From Vicinamibacterales bacterium (GTDB lineage Bacteria; Acidobacteriota; Vicinamibacteria; Vicinamibacterales; CAVVIG01): 37,159 nucleotides of DNA. Both the position numbers and the translations under genes were made by a program. The stretch covers positions 1 through 37,159 of the forward strand of contig JBPYEE010000581.1 of assembly GCA_051985095.1 (NCBI GenBank). Direction: 5' to 3'. Positions 25,534-34,224 of the stretch are shown piece by piece (position 1 is the first letter of the stretch; every line of letters starts with the position of its first letter). The notes beneath the pieces are model-generated. The model worked only from the letters and a program-made list of their open reading frames with translations, ran no database searches and was not told the DNA's origin.

Positions 25534-27905
25534 TGGTGGTGGACCTCGTAGATGTGCACATCCGGGTTTTCGTAAGCGAGGCGAAACGACGGATCGGCTC
25601 GTGCCCACTCATCCTCGATCGGGAAGCCCTGTGCGGTATGCCACACGTAATCGATCTCGTACGGATCGAGCGTCGAAATGAACACGTACCGCACACCACG
25701 CCTGTCGAGATTGGTCGTCCATGCCTCGCGGGATCCGGCCATCCGCTCGAATCGGGGACGCAGCGCGTCGACGTGGCCGTCGCGGGAAATCGCCGGCATC
25801 AACAATCCGGAAGGCGCCGCGAGCGCGGAAACGGCGCCACGATCAGTCGACGCGCGGCGGTACGCGCGCGCGTACTCGTCGAATCGCCAGCTAGTGTGGC
25901 GGTCAATGTTGACGTAGGAAACCTCGCGTCGGAGGTGGCTGCCGGCGAGGGGGTACGGCAAATTGATTCCGGTGTAGGCGACGGGAACCGCGCCCGCATT
26001 CGTGTCGAGCCATCGGGACCCGTACAGATAGCTCAAGCGCAGGTGAGGCGAGGCGACCTGCAGGAAATCGCATCGAGAGGGCACACACCACGTTTCCGCG
26101 CCGATGGCCAGCGTCACGCTTGCCGCGCCGATCACCATCGTCGCCACCGGCAGCCTCCACCGTCGTGTGGGGATCAGCCGAAAGGCGATGCCGGCCATCA
26201 TCGTGAGTGCCGCGAATGGCACGATGTAGCGGCGATCGATCACGCCGTGCAGCGACAGCCAGTCCCCCATGAACCACGGAACCGCGGCGGGCAGCGAGCC
26301 GTCGTACCCGACGAGGACCCAGGCGATCGCAAGCCCATAGCCGAGGTGAAGAGCGCCGTTCAATCCGGAGCGAGTTCCGAAGGCGAGCGGCAGCAAACTG
26401 CATGACGTGACCACGGCTGGCAGGAGAAAGCGCGAGTCCGTGTTGTCGCCGACGGCCAGCCAGCACAAGACGACGATCGCGGCGGTCGCGAGCGAGACGA
26501 ATCCGGCCGGCCACCAGGCGCGTCTGACGATGAGGACGCCCAGCATCACGACCGCCGCGGGAACCACGACGAGAAACAGCGTCGGGCCGTACGCGTGTGC
26601 GAGCGAGACCCAGAGGAGCCGCAAATCCGTCGTATGGAGAAATGATCTCGCCATTGCCTGGCGCGTGTAGGCGCCGCGACCGATCGACATCCCCGCGATC
26701 GTGAGCGTTGCCGGATAGATCGGACTGCCAGCGACGATCCAGTTTCGGAGATACCAGGGCGCGCCGAACGCGAACACTCCGGGAAGCGCCCACCCCGCAC
26801 GCCCGCGCAGGCCGCCGACGACGGGAATCGCCAGCATCACCGGCAGATACACGAGCGCCAGGTACTTCGTGCCGAGCCACAATCCCAGACTCACGCCCCA
26901 TAGGGCCCAATCGACCCGGGCATCGGAATCGACTGCGGCGATTCCGAGATAGAGCGACGTGACAAACAGCACCGCGTGAATGAGATCGACATTGGCACCG
27001 ACGGCTTGCTCGACGACCGAGGGCGCGATAAGGAAGAACGTGGGGGCGTAGAGCGCGTGACGCGGTGTTGCGCCCATCCGTCTCGCCAACGCGTATACGA
27101 CGGGCGCGCCGAGCGCGTAGAACGGGAGCTGACCGATCCGCGCGAAGAAATCGCCGTGGAACGGCAGCATCAGCCAGAGAAACCACAGTTCGCCGTTCGC
27201 CGGCTGGTAGGCCTGCGCTTCATCGCTGAACGGCGTCGGAATGATCGACACGTGTCGCGCTTGCAGCCACCGCGCCGGAAAAAACAGGTGATAGCTCAGA
27301 CTGTCGTACAGCGTGTACGGTGAATGACTCAGGCCGAAGGCGATGACAAACGCCAGCATCGCGGCCCAGAATCCAAGAAGTGCCGCCGGCAGCGCCGGAT
27401 GGGTGAACGCGGGCGCAGCAGCCCGCCGCGGGGCGATGAAGAGTGCCGCCGCGAGGAGCAGTCCGGCCGCGACGACGTAGGGCGTCAGAGACGCCAGGCG
27501 GGCCGCACCGAGCACCAGCCCGCAGAGCACCGCGATCGCGAAGGACACGAGACCTGTCCGAATCGAGATGTCTGCGATCGACGGCGACGGAACGAGCCGG
27601 TCTACGATCACGAACGCTGGCAGCACCAGCAGCACCACCAATCCGCCGAAGGCGGCATGGGTCGACAGCGATGCGAATCCGAAGAACGCACCCGCAATTA
27701 CTTCGCTCACAACGAAGGCGAGCGCGCTGACGGCCAGCGGCCGACCGAACCTCGGCGTCCGGACGCCCGACGTCGACGCCTCCGACCGGCTCGCGATCAA
27801 GACCAGTCCACGTGTGTCACGATGGCAGGGGCTTACTCTAAAGAAACTCAGCCGCCGGGCGATAATTAAAAGAAAATTAAGACGGTTCGAAACGAGGCTC
27901 ACCAC
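25530..27905 (-). CDS. large polytopic GT-C-type (GT39/ArnT-like) membrane glycosyltransferase with a C-terminal soluble domain; start uncertain
   Basis: About 14 hydrophobic segments followed by a roughly 190-aa soluble tail. The first 20 or so codons of the listed ORF fall in an AT-rich island with atypical codons, so the true start is probably downstream (for example TTG 27800). Family call rests on architecture and recall, not motif proof. Confidence 0.6.
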   Translation of the reverse strand: MVSLVSNRLNFLLIIARRLSFFRVSPCHRDTRGLVLIASRSEASTSGVRTPRFGRPLAVSALAFVVSEVIAGAFFGFASLSTHAAFGGLVVLLVLPAFVIVDRLVPSPSIADISIRTGLVSFAIAVLCGLVLGAARLASLTPYVVAAGLLLAAALFIAPRRAAAPAFTHPALPAALLGFWAAMLAFVIAFGLSHSPYTLYDSLSYHLFFPARWLQARHVSIIPTPFSDEAQAYQPANGELWFLWLMLPFHGDFFARIGQLPFYALGAPVVYALARRMGATPRHALYAPTFFLIAPSVVEQAVGANVDLIHAVLFVTSLYLGIAAVDSDARVDWALWGVSLGLWLGTKYLALVYLPVMLAIPVVGGLRGRAGWALPGVFAFGAPWYLRNWIVAGSPIYPATLTIAGMSIGRGAYTRQAMARSFLHTTDLRLLWVSLAHAYGPTLFLVVVPAAVVMLGVLIVRRAWWPAGFVSLATAAIVVLCWLAVGDNTDSRFLLPAVVTSCSLLPLAFGTRSGLNGALHLGYGLAIAWVLVGYDGSLPAAVPWFMGDWLSLHGVIDRRYIVPFAALTMMAGIAFRLIPTRRWRLPVATMVIGAASVTLAIGAETWCVPSRCDFLQVASPHLRLSYLYGSRWLDTNAGAVPVAYTGINLPYPLAGSHLRREVSYVNIDRHTSWRFDEYARAYRRASTDRGAVSALAAPSGLLMPAISRDGHVDALRPRFERMAGSREAWTTNLDRRGVRYVFISTLDPYEIDYVWHTAQGFPIEDEWARADPSFRLAYENPDVHIYEVHHQ
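27838..27900. promoter_or_regulatory. AT-rich island in the divergent region between the GT-C gene and the second ADOP permease
   Basis: GATAATTAAAAGAAAATTAA (27861-27880) is the most AT-rich stretch I noticed in the window. It lies between divergent genes, consistent with a promoter/UP-element or nucleoid-protein site. Confidence 0.35.
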
Positions 27906-27976
27906 GCAACGCGCCGGCCGGCGCCGTCGTCTAACGACGCGATACGGTCACTGCCGATCGTGGTGGCCGCCAGCCC

Positions 27977-30382
27977 ATGTCGATGCGCCCTGACGTTCAA
28001 TACGCCCTGCGCGCGCTGCGGCGCCAGCCGGGGTTCACAGCGGCGGCCGTCGCGACGCTCGCCATTGGCATCGGGGCCGCGACGTCGATCTTCACCGTGG
28101 TCGACGGGTTGCTGCTGAAGGCGCTCCCCTATCCGGATCCGCACCGCGTCGTGGCGATCCACACGCGCTGGATTGATTCCGGTCGGGTCACGCCACGGAC
28201 GACCGGCGGCGATCTGGAAGACCTGCGACAAGAAGCCGCCTTCGAGGCGTTCAGCTACTACCACGGCGGCGAGGTGGGGGTGCAGCTCGAGACGGGCGCC
28301 GAATTCATCGCGGCGTATCGCGTCGACCCGGACTTCTTCCACGTCTTCTCGGTCCCGCCGGTCGCAGGGCGCACGTTTCGCCCGGACGACGCGGGCCGGG
28401 CCGCCGTCGTCAGCGACGGGTTTGCACGCCGGCACTACGGCGGCGCGTTCGCCGCAATCGGCCACTCGCTTCAGATTGACGGGACGGTGTATGACGTCAT
28501 TGGCGTCATGCCGTCTCTCATGCAATTCCCCCGGCTGGCGCAGGTCTGGGCGTCAGACGGGTTCACGCCCAGCAACACGAATCGATCCGGCTACAACTAC
28601 TACGCGGTCGGGAAGCTCAGGCCCGGCATCTCGCCGGCCGACGCCGACGGCCGTTTGCTCGCCCTGGCGGACCGCCTGGCCCTCGCATTTCCCGACACGA
28701 ACCGCGCGCGGACGTTCGATGCGGTGCCGCTGCAGGACGAGCTCACGACTCCCATCCGCAGCACATTGCTCCTGTTGATCGGCGCCGTCGGCCTTCTCCT
28801 CCTCATCGCCTGCGCCAACGTCGCGAACCTCGCCCTCGCGCGCGCCACGATTCGCGAGCGCGAGTTTGCCGTGCGCGCTGCTCTCGGGGCCGGCTGGTGG
28901 GAGCAGTTGTCGCCGGCGCTGGCGGAAAGCGTCGTCATCGGACTCGTCGCCGGGGTCGCCGGCATCGCGATCGCCGCGGTGGCGACCCGAGCCCTGCTGC
29001 GCATGGGCGCTCACTTCGTGCCAGCACCGCTCGTGCCGGACGTGCATCTGGACGAGAGGGTCCTGGGTTTTGCAGTGGGAGCCTCCTGCGTGAGCGCCTT
29101 CGTCGCGATTGTCCCGGCCTGGCGGATGGTGGCGACTCGAACGCGCTCGGCGCTCACCGCTGGCGGACCCCTCGGCATCGCTGTCGCCCGCTCATCGCGC
29201 GTACGGAGCGCACTCGTCGTCGCACAGATTGCTCTGTCAGTGACGCTCGCAATCGACGCCAGCCTGCTCTTCCGCACGCTCGCTGCCCTTCACGAGGCGC
29301 ACCTCGGCTACCGGACCGAGGGTGTTCTCGTGACATATGCTCACGTGCCCGCACGAACCTTGAGCGAGGGGCTCGAGGCGGGCCGCCTCTTCGACGAGTT
29401 TTTCGCACGGCTGCGAGGTGTAACGGGCGTGGTGTCGACGGCTGGCGCCATGGGGTTACCCGCCGGTCAGTACGACGCGTACGGCTCTTATGCCATCGAA
29501 GGGAAGCAGGCGTTTGACAGCGACCCTCGACAGCTGCCGTCGGCTGGGTTTCGATTGACCAGTCCTGGCTACTTTTCGACGATGGGCATTCCCGTGATTC
29601 GTGGACGCGACTTCGACGAGCGCGATATCTACGATCGGCCGTTTGTCGTCATCATCAGCGAATCGCTCGCCAGGCAGCAGTTCCCGGGCGACGATCCGAT
29701 CGGCCACCGTATCATCTGTGGCCTCACGCTCGACCCGAAGTGGATGACGGTTGTCGGCGTGGTGGGAGACGTGCGCCAGCACTCGCCCGCATCGCGGCCC
29801 GGCCCCGAGCTCTATATGCCGCTCCGGCAGTATCCTTTTCATGCGAACGAGGTCGAAGTCGTTGTGCGGACGTCGCGTGATCCTGCAGCGATGGTTACCG
29901 CTGTTCAGAGAACGATTCGACAGGTCAGTCCGGACGTAGCTATGAAGTCGGCGACCCTGAACGACCTCGTGGACGATTCGGTTTCGGCCGAGCGCTTCCG
30001 AAGCGCCCTGGCCGGTGTGTTCGCGATTGTGGCGCTGCTGCTGGCGGTTTCGGGAACCTACGCGGTCACCAGTTATGTGACCGTGTGTCGCACGGCAGAG
30101 TTCGGCTTGCGCTCGGCCCTTGGCGCGCGACCCGCCCACCTGGTGGCGTCCGTCCTGGCCAGCGCCATCAGGCTGGCCGCCCTGGGCGCCGCGGTCGGGA
30201 CGCTCGGGGCCGCAGCGACCACACAGCTCCTTGCCACGATGCTCTTCGGCGTGAGCCGCACCAGTCCGTCACACTACGCCCTGGTCGTTTCCGCAGTGCT
30301 GCCGGTCATCGCCCTGGCAGCCGCGCTCCCCGCGTGGAGAGCGTCGCGCGTCGACCCGATGATGGCGCTTCGCGCGAACTGA
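27977..30382 (+). CDS. duplicated FtsX/MacB-like ABC permease (ADOP family), second copy
   Basis: 801 aa. N-terminus MSMRPDVQYALRALRRQPGFTAAAVATLAIGIGAATSIFTVVDGLLLKALPY, C-terminus RASRVDPMMALRAN. Same architecture as 13954-16347. Confidence 0.9.
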   Translation: MSMRPDVQYALRALRRQPGFTAAAVATLAIGIGAATSIFTVVDGLLLKALPYPDPHRVVAIHTRWIDSGRVTPRTTGGDLEDLRQEAAFEAFSYYHGGEVGVQLETGAEFIAAYRVDPDFFHVFSVPPVAGRTFRPDDAGRAAVVSDGFARRHYGGAFAAIGHSLQIDGTVYDVIGVMPSLMQFPRLAQVWASDGFTPSNTNRSGYNYYAVGKLRPGISPADADGRLLALADRLALAFPDTNRARTFDAVPLQDELTTPIRSTLLLLIGAVGLLLLIACANVANLALARATIREREFAVRAALGAGWWEQLSPALAESVVIGLVAGVAGIAIAAVATRALLRMGAHFVPAPLVPDVHLDERVLGFAVGASCVSAFVAIVPAWRMVATRTRSALTAGGPLGIAVARSSRVRSALVVAQIALSVTLAIDASLLFRTLAALHEAHLGYRTEGVLVTYAHVPARTLSEGLEAGRLFDEFFARLRGVTGVVSTAGAMGLPAGQYDAYGSYAIEGKQAFDSDPRQLPSAGFRLTSPGYFSTMGIPVIRGRDFDERDIYDRPFVVIISESLARQQFPGDDPIGHRIICGLTLDPKWMTVVGVVGDVRQHSPASRPGPELYMPLRQYPFHANEVEVVVRTSRDPAAMVTAVQRTIRQVSPDVAMKSATLNDLVDDSVSAERFRSALAGVFAIVALLLAVSGTYAVTSYVTVCRTAEFGLRSALGARPAHLVASVLASAIRLAALGAAVGTLGAAATTQLLATMLFGVSRTSPSHYALVVSAVLPVIALAAALPAWRASRVDPMMALRAN

Positions 30383-30665
30383 CGCGCGTCAGGGGGCGCC
30401 GTGACCCGGGCGCTGCCCTTTCCGGGACGTCGCGAGACTGGATGTCAGGAGTGAAGGACGTCCGCTTTCTTACGCGATGACGGGACCAAAAGGGTGCTGC
30501 CGATCGAGCGGTTCCACAACCCGCCGTCGCTGTGAGGATCGCCTGGAGGCCCCGCGCGAACGCACCTTTGAGCGGTCCGGGGGAGGACTGTGTGTGGTCC
30601 CGTAGCTGGAGAGGGTGCGCTGCCGGCGGCGCGATGAGCCACGGACTCAAGGCGGGCGTTCGCGC

Positions 30666-31010
30666 TCAAATGCGCGTCGCTGGCCGATGAACATAGACCC
30701 ACGCCTGGTTCCCCGACGCCAGCGGCGCGACCACGCGGACATATGACGCCGGTTGCTCGTACCGGTCGGCCGCGGCGAGTTCAGCCTCCGTGATCTCGAA
30801 CACGATGCCGCTCACACGACTCTCGCTCCTGCCGGTAAATGCCGCGTTTGCGTAGTGAGTCGTGCGTGGTGGGCGATCCGAATCCTCGACGGCTACTCGT
30901 GTTGACGCGAATCCGACGATCTCGTCGCGCCGGCCCTGCAGCGGCCGTCCGAAGGTCGCGCGCTGGACATGTTCGTCTTGAAGCGTCCCGTACGAAAACA
31001 GGAGCGGCAT
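30666..31010 (-). CDS. gamma-glutamylcyclotransferase-like (AIG2/GGACT family) protein
   Basis: N-terminal LFSYGTL motif and the later EAELAAADRYE segment; 114 aa. Confidence 0.7.
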   Translation of the reverse strand: MPLLFSYGTLQDEHVQRATFGRPLQGRRDEIVGFASTRVAVEDSDRPPRTTHYANAAFTGRSESRVSGIVFEITEAELAAADRYEQPASYVRVVAPLASGNQAWVYVHRPATRI

Positions 31011-31019
31011 GGTCCGCGA

Positions 31020-31655
31020 TTACTCGTGCCGTCCTCCGGTCAACGCCATCGCCGCGCCCAACCCGATGAGCGCGCCGCCGGTTACGTATCGCTGCCTGCG
31101 GGTGATGTGGGGATGCCGCTTGATCCACGCGCCGGCGGTGCCGGCCGCAAGCGCCCAACCCGAATCGGTCGTGGCCGACAGGGCGACGAACATCACGCCG
31201 AGCGCGAGCATCTGCACAGATACATGTCCGGCCGACGAGTTGACAAACTGTGGTAGGAACGCGAAGAAGAACAACGCCGTGTGTGGGTTCAACACGTTCA
31301 CAATCACGCCTTGCGCGAACACCCGCCTCAAGCCGGCGTCCTCGCGCCTCGAATCCCCCGGCGGCGCGTCGCGCCGCATGACCATCTGGACACCGAGGCC
31401 GATCAGGTAGAAAGCGCCCGCATATTTGACGGCACTGAACGCCGCCGCTGATGACCCGAGTAACGCCGATAACCCGAGCGCGGCCGCCACAACATGCACC
31501 AGAGTTCCGGTGCAAATGCCCATGACTGAGATAAGTCCGGCGAAGCGTCCCTGATCGATGCTGCGCGTGACGATGTACAGCACGGCGGGACCCGGGGTGA
31601 GGAGCAGAACAATCGAGGTGCCCAGGAAGAGTGCGACGGCGGGCCCGTGCAGCAC
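31020..31655 (-). CDS. LysE/RhtB-family amino-acid exporter
   Basis: 211 aa, 6 TM, N-terminal LLLTPGPAVLYIVTRSIDQGR and central NVLNPHTALFFFAFLPQF motifs. Lies 9 nt upstream of the GGCT-like gene. Confidence 0.85.
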   Translation of the reverse strand: MLHGPAVALFLGTSIVLLLTPGPAVLYIVTRSIDQGRFAGLISVMGICTGTLVHVVAAALGLSALLGSSAAAFSAVKYAGAFYLIGLGVQMVMRRDAPPGDSRREDAGLRRVFAQGVIVNVLNPHTALFFFAFLPQFVNSSAGHVSVQMLALGVMFVALSATTDSGWALAAGTAGAWIKRHPHITRRQRYVTGGALIGLGAAMALTGGRHE

Positions 31656-31749
31656 GAGCCGGAGTATACCGTGTCGACCTGAATCCAGGGCGCCCGGGGC
31701 GCGCCGCGTTGATGGCGGAAATTCAAGCGGCGTCGCCTTCTCAGTGTGA

Positions 31750-32059
31750 GAGCCGGCCGGAGATCTCGTCGGGGTGAGGGGCCTCCAGGCGGTGCCGGAC
31801 GTTACGCTGGTCGGTCATCCGCATGTGCGTCCAGCACATCAAGGCGCCGACATCGGCGGAGCGCTGCTGGCCGCGCTCCGCGACCAGACATCGCGCCGGT
31901 TGCTCGTGGGGACCTGGGCGATTCGATTCTACGAACGCCATTCATTTCCAGCTCGTGACGCCGGCGAACAAGGACCGGCGCGTGCGCGCGTCCTGGAGCG
32001 TTCCCCCGAGGCAACGACACGCGTCGGTGGTGCTGGTCCACAGATCGCCGCACCAATGA
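31750..32059 (+). pseudogene. 5'-truncated and frameshifted GNAT acetyltransferase remnant
   Basis: Frame 1 reads ...VRPAHQGADIGGALLAALRDQTSRRLLVGTWAIRFYERHSF (acetyl-CoA motif Q/RxxGxG/A). The expected continuation FQLVTPANKDRRVRASWSVPPRQRHASVVLV is in frame 2, with the shift near 31940-31947. No room for the N-terminal third, because the LysE start is at 31655 and an in-frame stop is at 31747-31749. Confidence 0.5.
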
Positions 32060-32089
32060 GCCGGCGCGCCATATCGCAACGGCGTGAGT

Positions 32090-33160
32090 TCATTCGAAAA
32101 TCGCCTGCGCCTCGCGCCACAGACGCCCGAGCAGTTCGCCGGCCGGCTCGGCACGGGCGAGCGCCGCCGATTGCCCCGCCCACGCCTGCATCCGGTCGAG
32201 GTCGCCGACTCGTCCCGCCTTGGCCCGCATGGTCGCCGTGAGACCGCGCTGCACGGGATAGGGCGCCGGGGACGGCGCATCGGCGGCTGTCGCGACTCGA
32301 ACGTAGGCGGTCTCGATGCTCCGGCCGGGGCGTCCGCTGAATGCTCGGCAGACCACGGTGTCTTCGGGCGCGGCCCGACCAATGGCGTCGGCCCAAGCCG
32401 GGTGTAGCTGGGCCTCGGGACACCGCAGGAATCCGGTCCCAATCTGGACGGCGCTCGCGCCAAGGGCGAACGCGGCGGCGATGCCACGGGCGTCGGCAAT
32501 GCCGCCGGTGGCTATGACCGGCACGCGTACGGCGTCGACGACCGCCGGCACCAGCGAGACCAGTCCCACGAGGCGCCGCTCCGCGCTGGTGGCATCGAAT
32601 GCCGCGCGGTGTCCGCCCGCCTCCATGCCCTGCGCGACGATCGCGTCCGCGCCTGCTGACACCGCCCGTTTCGCTTCGGCGACGGTGGAGACCGCCGCGA
32701 ACCACGCGATACGCTGCGCTTTCAGCCTCGCGACAAATTCCGGTGGGTACACCCCCATAATCGACGACACGACGGGTGGCTTGACGTCGAGCAGCGCTTC
32801 ACACTGGGCCGCAAAATCTGGCAAAACAGCGTCGCCGGCGGCTGGAGGAACCGCGGGCCCCCAGGCGCTGAGAAACGATCTGAGCGTCGCCTCATGCGCC
32901 GCGTCCCGCCGCGGTGGCGGATCGGGAATCCACAAATTGAATTGAAACGCGCCGTTGCTGGCGGCGCGCACCGTTTCGGCCCACTGCCGGATTTCGTCGG
33001 GGGACATCGACAGCGCCCCGCAGCCGCCCAACCCGCCGGCGCGAGCAACCGCGATCGAGAGGGCGGGAGAACCCACACCCGCCATGGGTGCAAGAAGGAT
33101 CGGTATCTGAATCCCGAGCCGGTCACAAAACGCGTGTGATCGGTCCCTGATGGGCGTCAT
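32090..33160 (-). CDS. nitronate monooxygenase (NMO / 2-nitropropane dioxygenase family, FMN TIM barrel)
   Basis: Start at ATG 33160 (MTPIRDRSHAFCDRLGIQIPILLAPMAGV...). Motifs: PILLAPMAGV, IVAQGMEAGGHR, PVIATGGIADARG. The listed 33556 start overlaps the DinB gene. Confidence 0.85.
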   Translation of the reverse strand: MTPIRDRSHAFCDRLGIQIPILLAPMAGVGSPALSIAVARAGGLGGCGALSMSPDEIRQWAETVRAASNGAFQFNLWIPDPPPRRDAAHEATLRSFLSAWGPAVPPAAGDAVLPDFAAQCEALLDVKPPVVSSIMGVYPPEFVARLKAQRIAWFAAVSTVAEAKRAVSAGADAIVAQGMEAGGHRAAFDATSAERRLVGLVSLVPAVVDAVRVPVIATGGIADARGIAAAFALGASAVQIGTGFLRCPEAQLHPAWADAIGRAAPEDTVVCRAFSGRPGRSIETAYVRVATAADAPSPAPYPVQRGLTATMRAKAGRVGDLDRMQAWAGQSAALARAEPAGELLGRLWREAQAIFE

Positions 33161-33204
33161 AGGTCTCTCGTGCTCGCTTTCCGGCGATCGATCGCGTGCC
33201 GCCT

Positions 33205-33717
33205 CTACGCTCTGATAGCCTCCCAGATCGTCGCCAGATGATGATCGTCGTGCTCCGCCACGAAGTACAGATGATCGACGAGCCGCATCGGCTGCTGCAG
33301 CCGTGGGTGCAGCCGCGACCGAGCCAGCAGATCGGGCGTGAAGGTATCGACATAGTCGACCAGCGGCACGCGTGCCGCCCGAAACGCGTTCACGATGTCG
33401 ACAATATTCCGGCCGTTGTGGTTGGCCTCGTCGGTCTTGCGGTTGCTCAGGTCCGCAACCGTGAGTGTGTCGCGATCCGACCGAAAGTCTTCGACGCGCG
33501 CCAGCCAGAGCGATTCGAGGTCCAGAAGATGACCCGCATGCTCCTGTGGCGACCACTTGCCTCCGGTCTGACGGGTCAACCGGGCGTGCGGCACGTCACG
33601 GATTAGCTCCTCGAGCCGTGCCGGCGCGCCTCGAAGCCGGATGGACAGAGTCGGGTACTGCTCGATCGCCATCGCAAACGCGAATCGTCGGCCGAACCAG
33701 GGTGAGACGGGAATCAT
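33205..33717 (-). CDS. DinB-superfamily (DinB_2-like) metal-dependent protein
   Basis: 170 aa. His triad candidates in EHAGHLLDLE and the C-terminal AEHDDHHLATI. The start overlaps the HxlR stop (ATGA 33714-33717). Confidence 0.7.
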   Translation of the reverse strand: MIPVSPWFGRRFAFAMAIEQYPTLSIRLRGAPARLEELIRDVPHARLTRQTGGKWSPQEHAGHLLDLESLWLARVEDFRSDRDTLTVADLSNRKTDEANHNGRNIVDIVNAFRAARVPLVDYVDTFTPDLLARSRLHPRLQQPMRLVDHLYFVAEHDDHHLATIWEAIRA

Positions 33718-34124
33718 CGGTGCTGCATCAGCCGCAAGGCGTTCGGGGTGACGCCAGAGGGTGGCCGCTTGGCGGTGCCGGGCACATGACGCTGTCCCCA
33801 GCGAATCAGTTCACGCAGGACCGGCACCAGATCACGGCCGCGCGCCGTCGGGTGATACTCCTCGCGTGGCGGCCGCTCCCGGTAGCGGCGCCGTCGAATC
33901 AACCCGCAGCGCTCGAGGCGGTCCAGACGGTCGGTCAGGATGTTGGTCGCGATCCGTTCGGGCGACGCAAGAAACTCGGCGAACCGCCGCTTGTCGTAAA
34001 ACAACAGATCACGCATGACCAGCAGCGTCCATCGGTCGCCTAGCAGGTCCAGGGCCCCCCCGATCGGACACGGCGATCGGAGCCCCCCTGACCCATCACC
34101 CCGACGCGGCCCGCGCAGCGCCAT
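33714..34124 (-). CDS. HxlR-family winged-helix transcriptional regulator
   Basis: CPIGGALDLLGDRWTLLVMRDLLF...RFAEF......ATNILTDRLDRLERCGLIRRR.Y...PPREEYHPTARGRDLVPVLRELIRWG is the canonical HxlR pattern. Confidence 0.9.
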   Translation of the reverse strand: MALRGPRRGDGSGGLRSPCPIGGALDLLGDRWTLLVMRDLLFYDKRRFAEFLASPERIATNILTDRLDRLERCGLIRRRRYRERPPREEYHPTARGRDLVPVLRELIRWGQRHVPGTAKRPPSGVTPNALRLMQHR

Positions 34125-34144
34125 AACCGCAGTCTACCATCGGC

Positions 34145-34157
34145 TTGCATCGTGCAA
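34145..34157. promoter_or_regulatory. short palindrome TTGCA-N3-TGCAA (candidate secondary HxlR site)
   Basis: TTGCATCGTGCAA at 34145-34157 shares its core with the longer palindrome 25 nt downstream and lies 21 nt from the hxlR-like start. Confidence 0.45.
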
Positions 34158-34181
34158 TCGTCTCGATTACGATGGCGCCCT

Positions 34182-34204
34182 GTCACTTGCATATTGCAAG
34201 TGAC
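34182..34204. promoter_or_regulatory. 23-bp perfect palindrome (10+3+10), candidate HxlR operator over the divergent DinB promoter
   Basis: GTCACTTGCA-TAT-TGCAAGTGAC read directly at 34182-34204. It overlaps a possible -10 (CATATT 34190-34195) and lies 8 nt upstream of the AGGAG (34213-34217) of the DinB gene. Confidence 0.65.
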
Positions 34205-34224
34205 TCGCCGAAAGGAGAACGGTG

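Noticed and set aside
27881-27904. tRNA-like 3' end (GGTTCGAAA ... ACCA), considered as a tRNA fragment or integration scar
   Set aside because: The flanks of the TTCGAAA loop (GACGG / CGAGG) are not complementary, so no T-arm forms. No acceptor stem or integrase is nearby.
30379-30392. 14-nt perfect palindrome CTGACGCGCGTCAG over the ADOP-2 stop codon, and a GGACGTC/GACGTCC stem (30425-30463), considered as terminators
   Set aside because: The first has no loop, so the effective stem is only about 5 bp. The second has a 25-nt loop and only a weak T-rich tail. Neither is strong enough to call.
30383-30665. 283-nt convergent intergenic region, scanned for small ORFs or structured RNA (for example a 36-codon GTG ORF after GGAGG near 30582)
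   Set aside because: The candidate peptide is low-complexity, overlaps the 3' end of the opposite gene and has ambiguous overlapping GTG starts. I recognised no RNA motif.
31209-31218. Second copy of CATCTGCACA (the uvrB-region repeat) inside the LysE gene
   Set aside because: It is an isolated single copy inside a coding sequence, lacks the tandem arrangement, and is consistent with chance.
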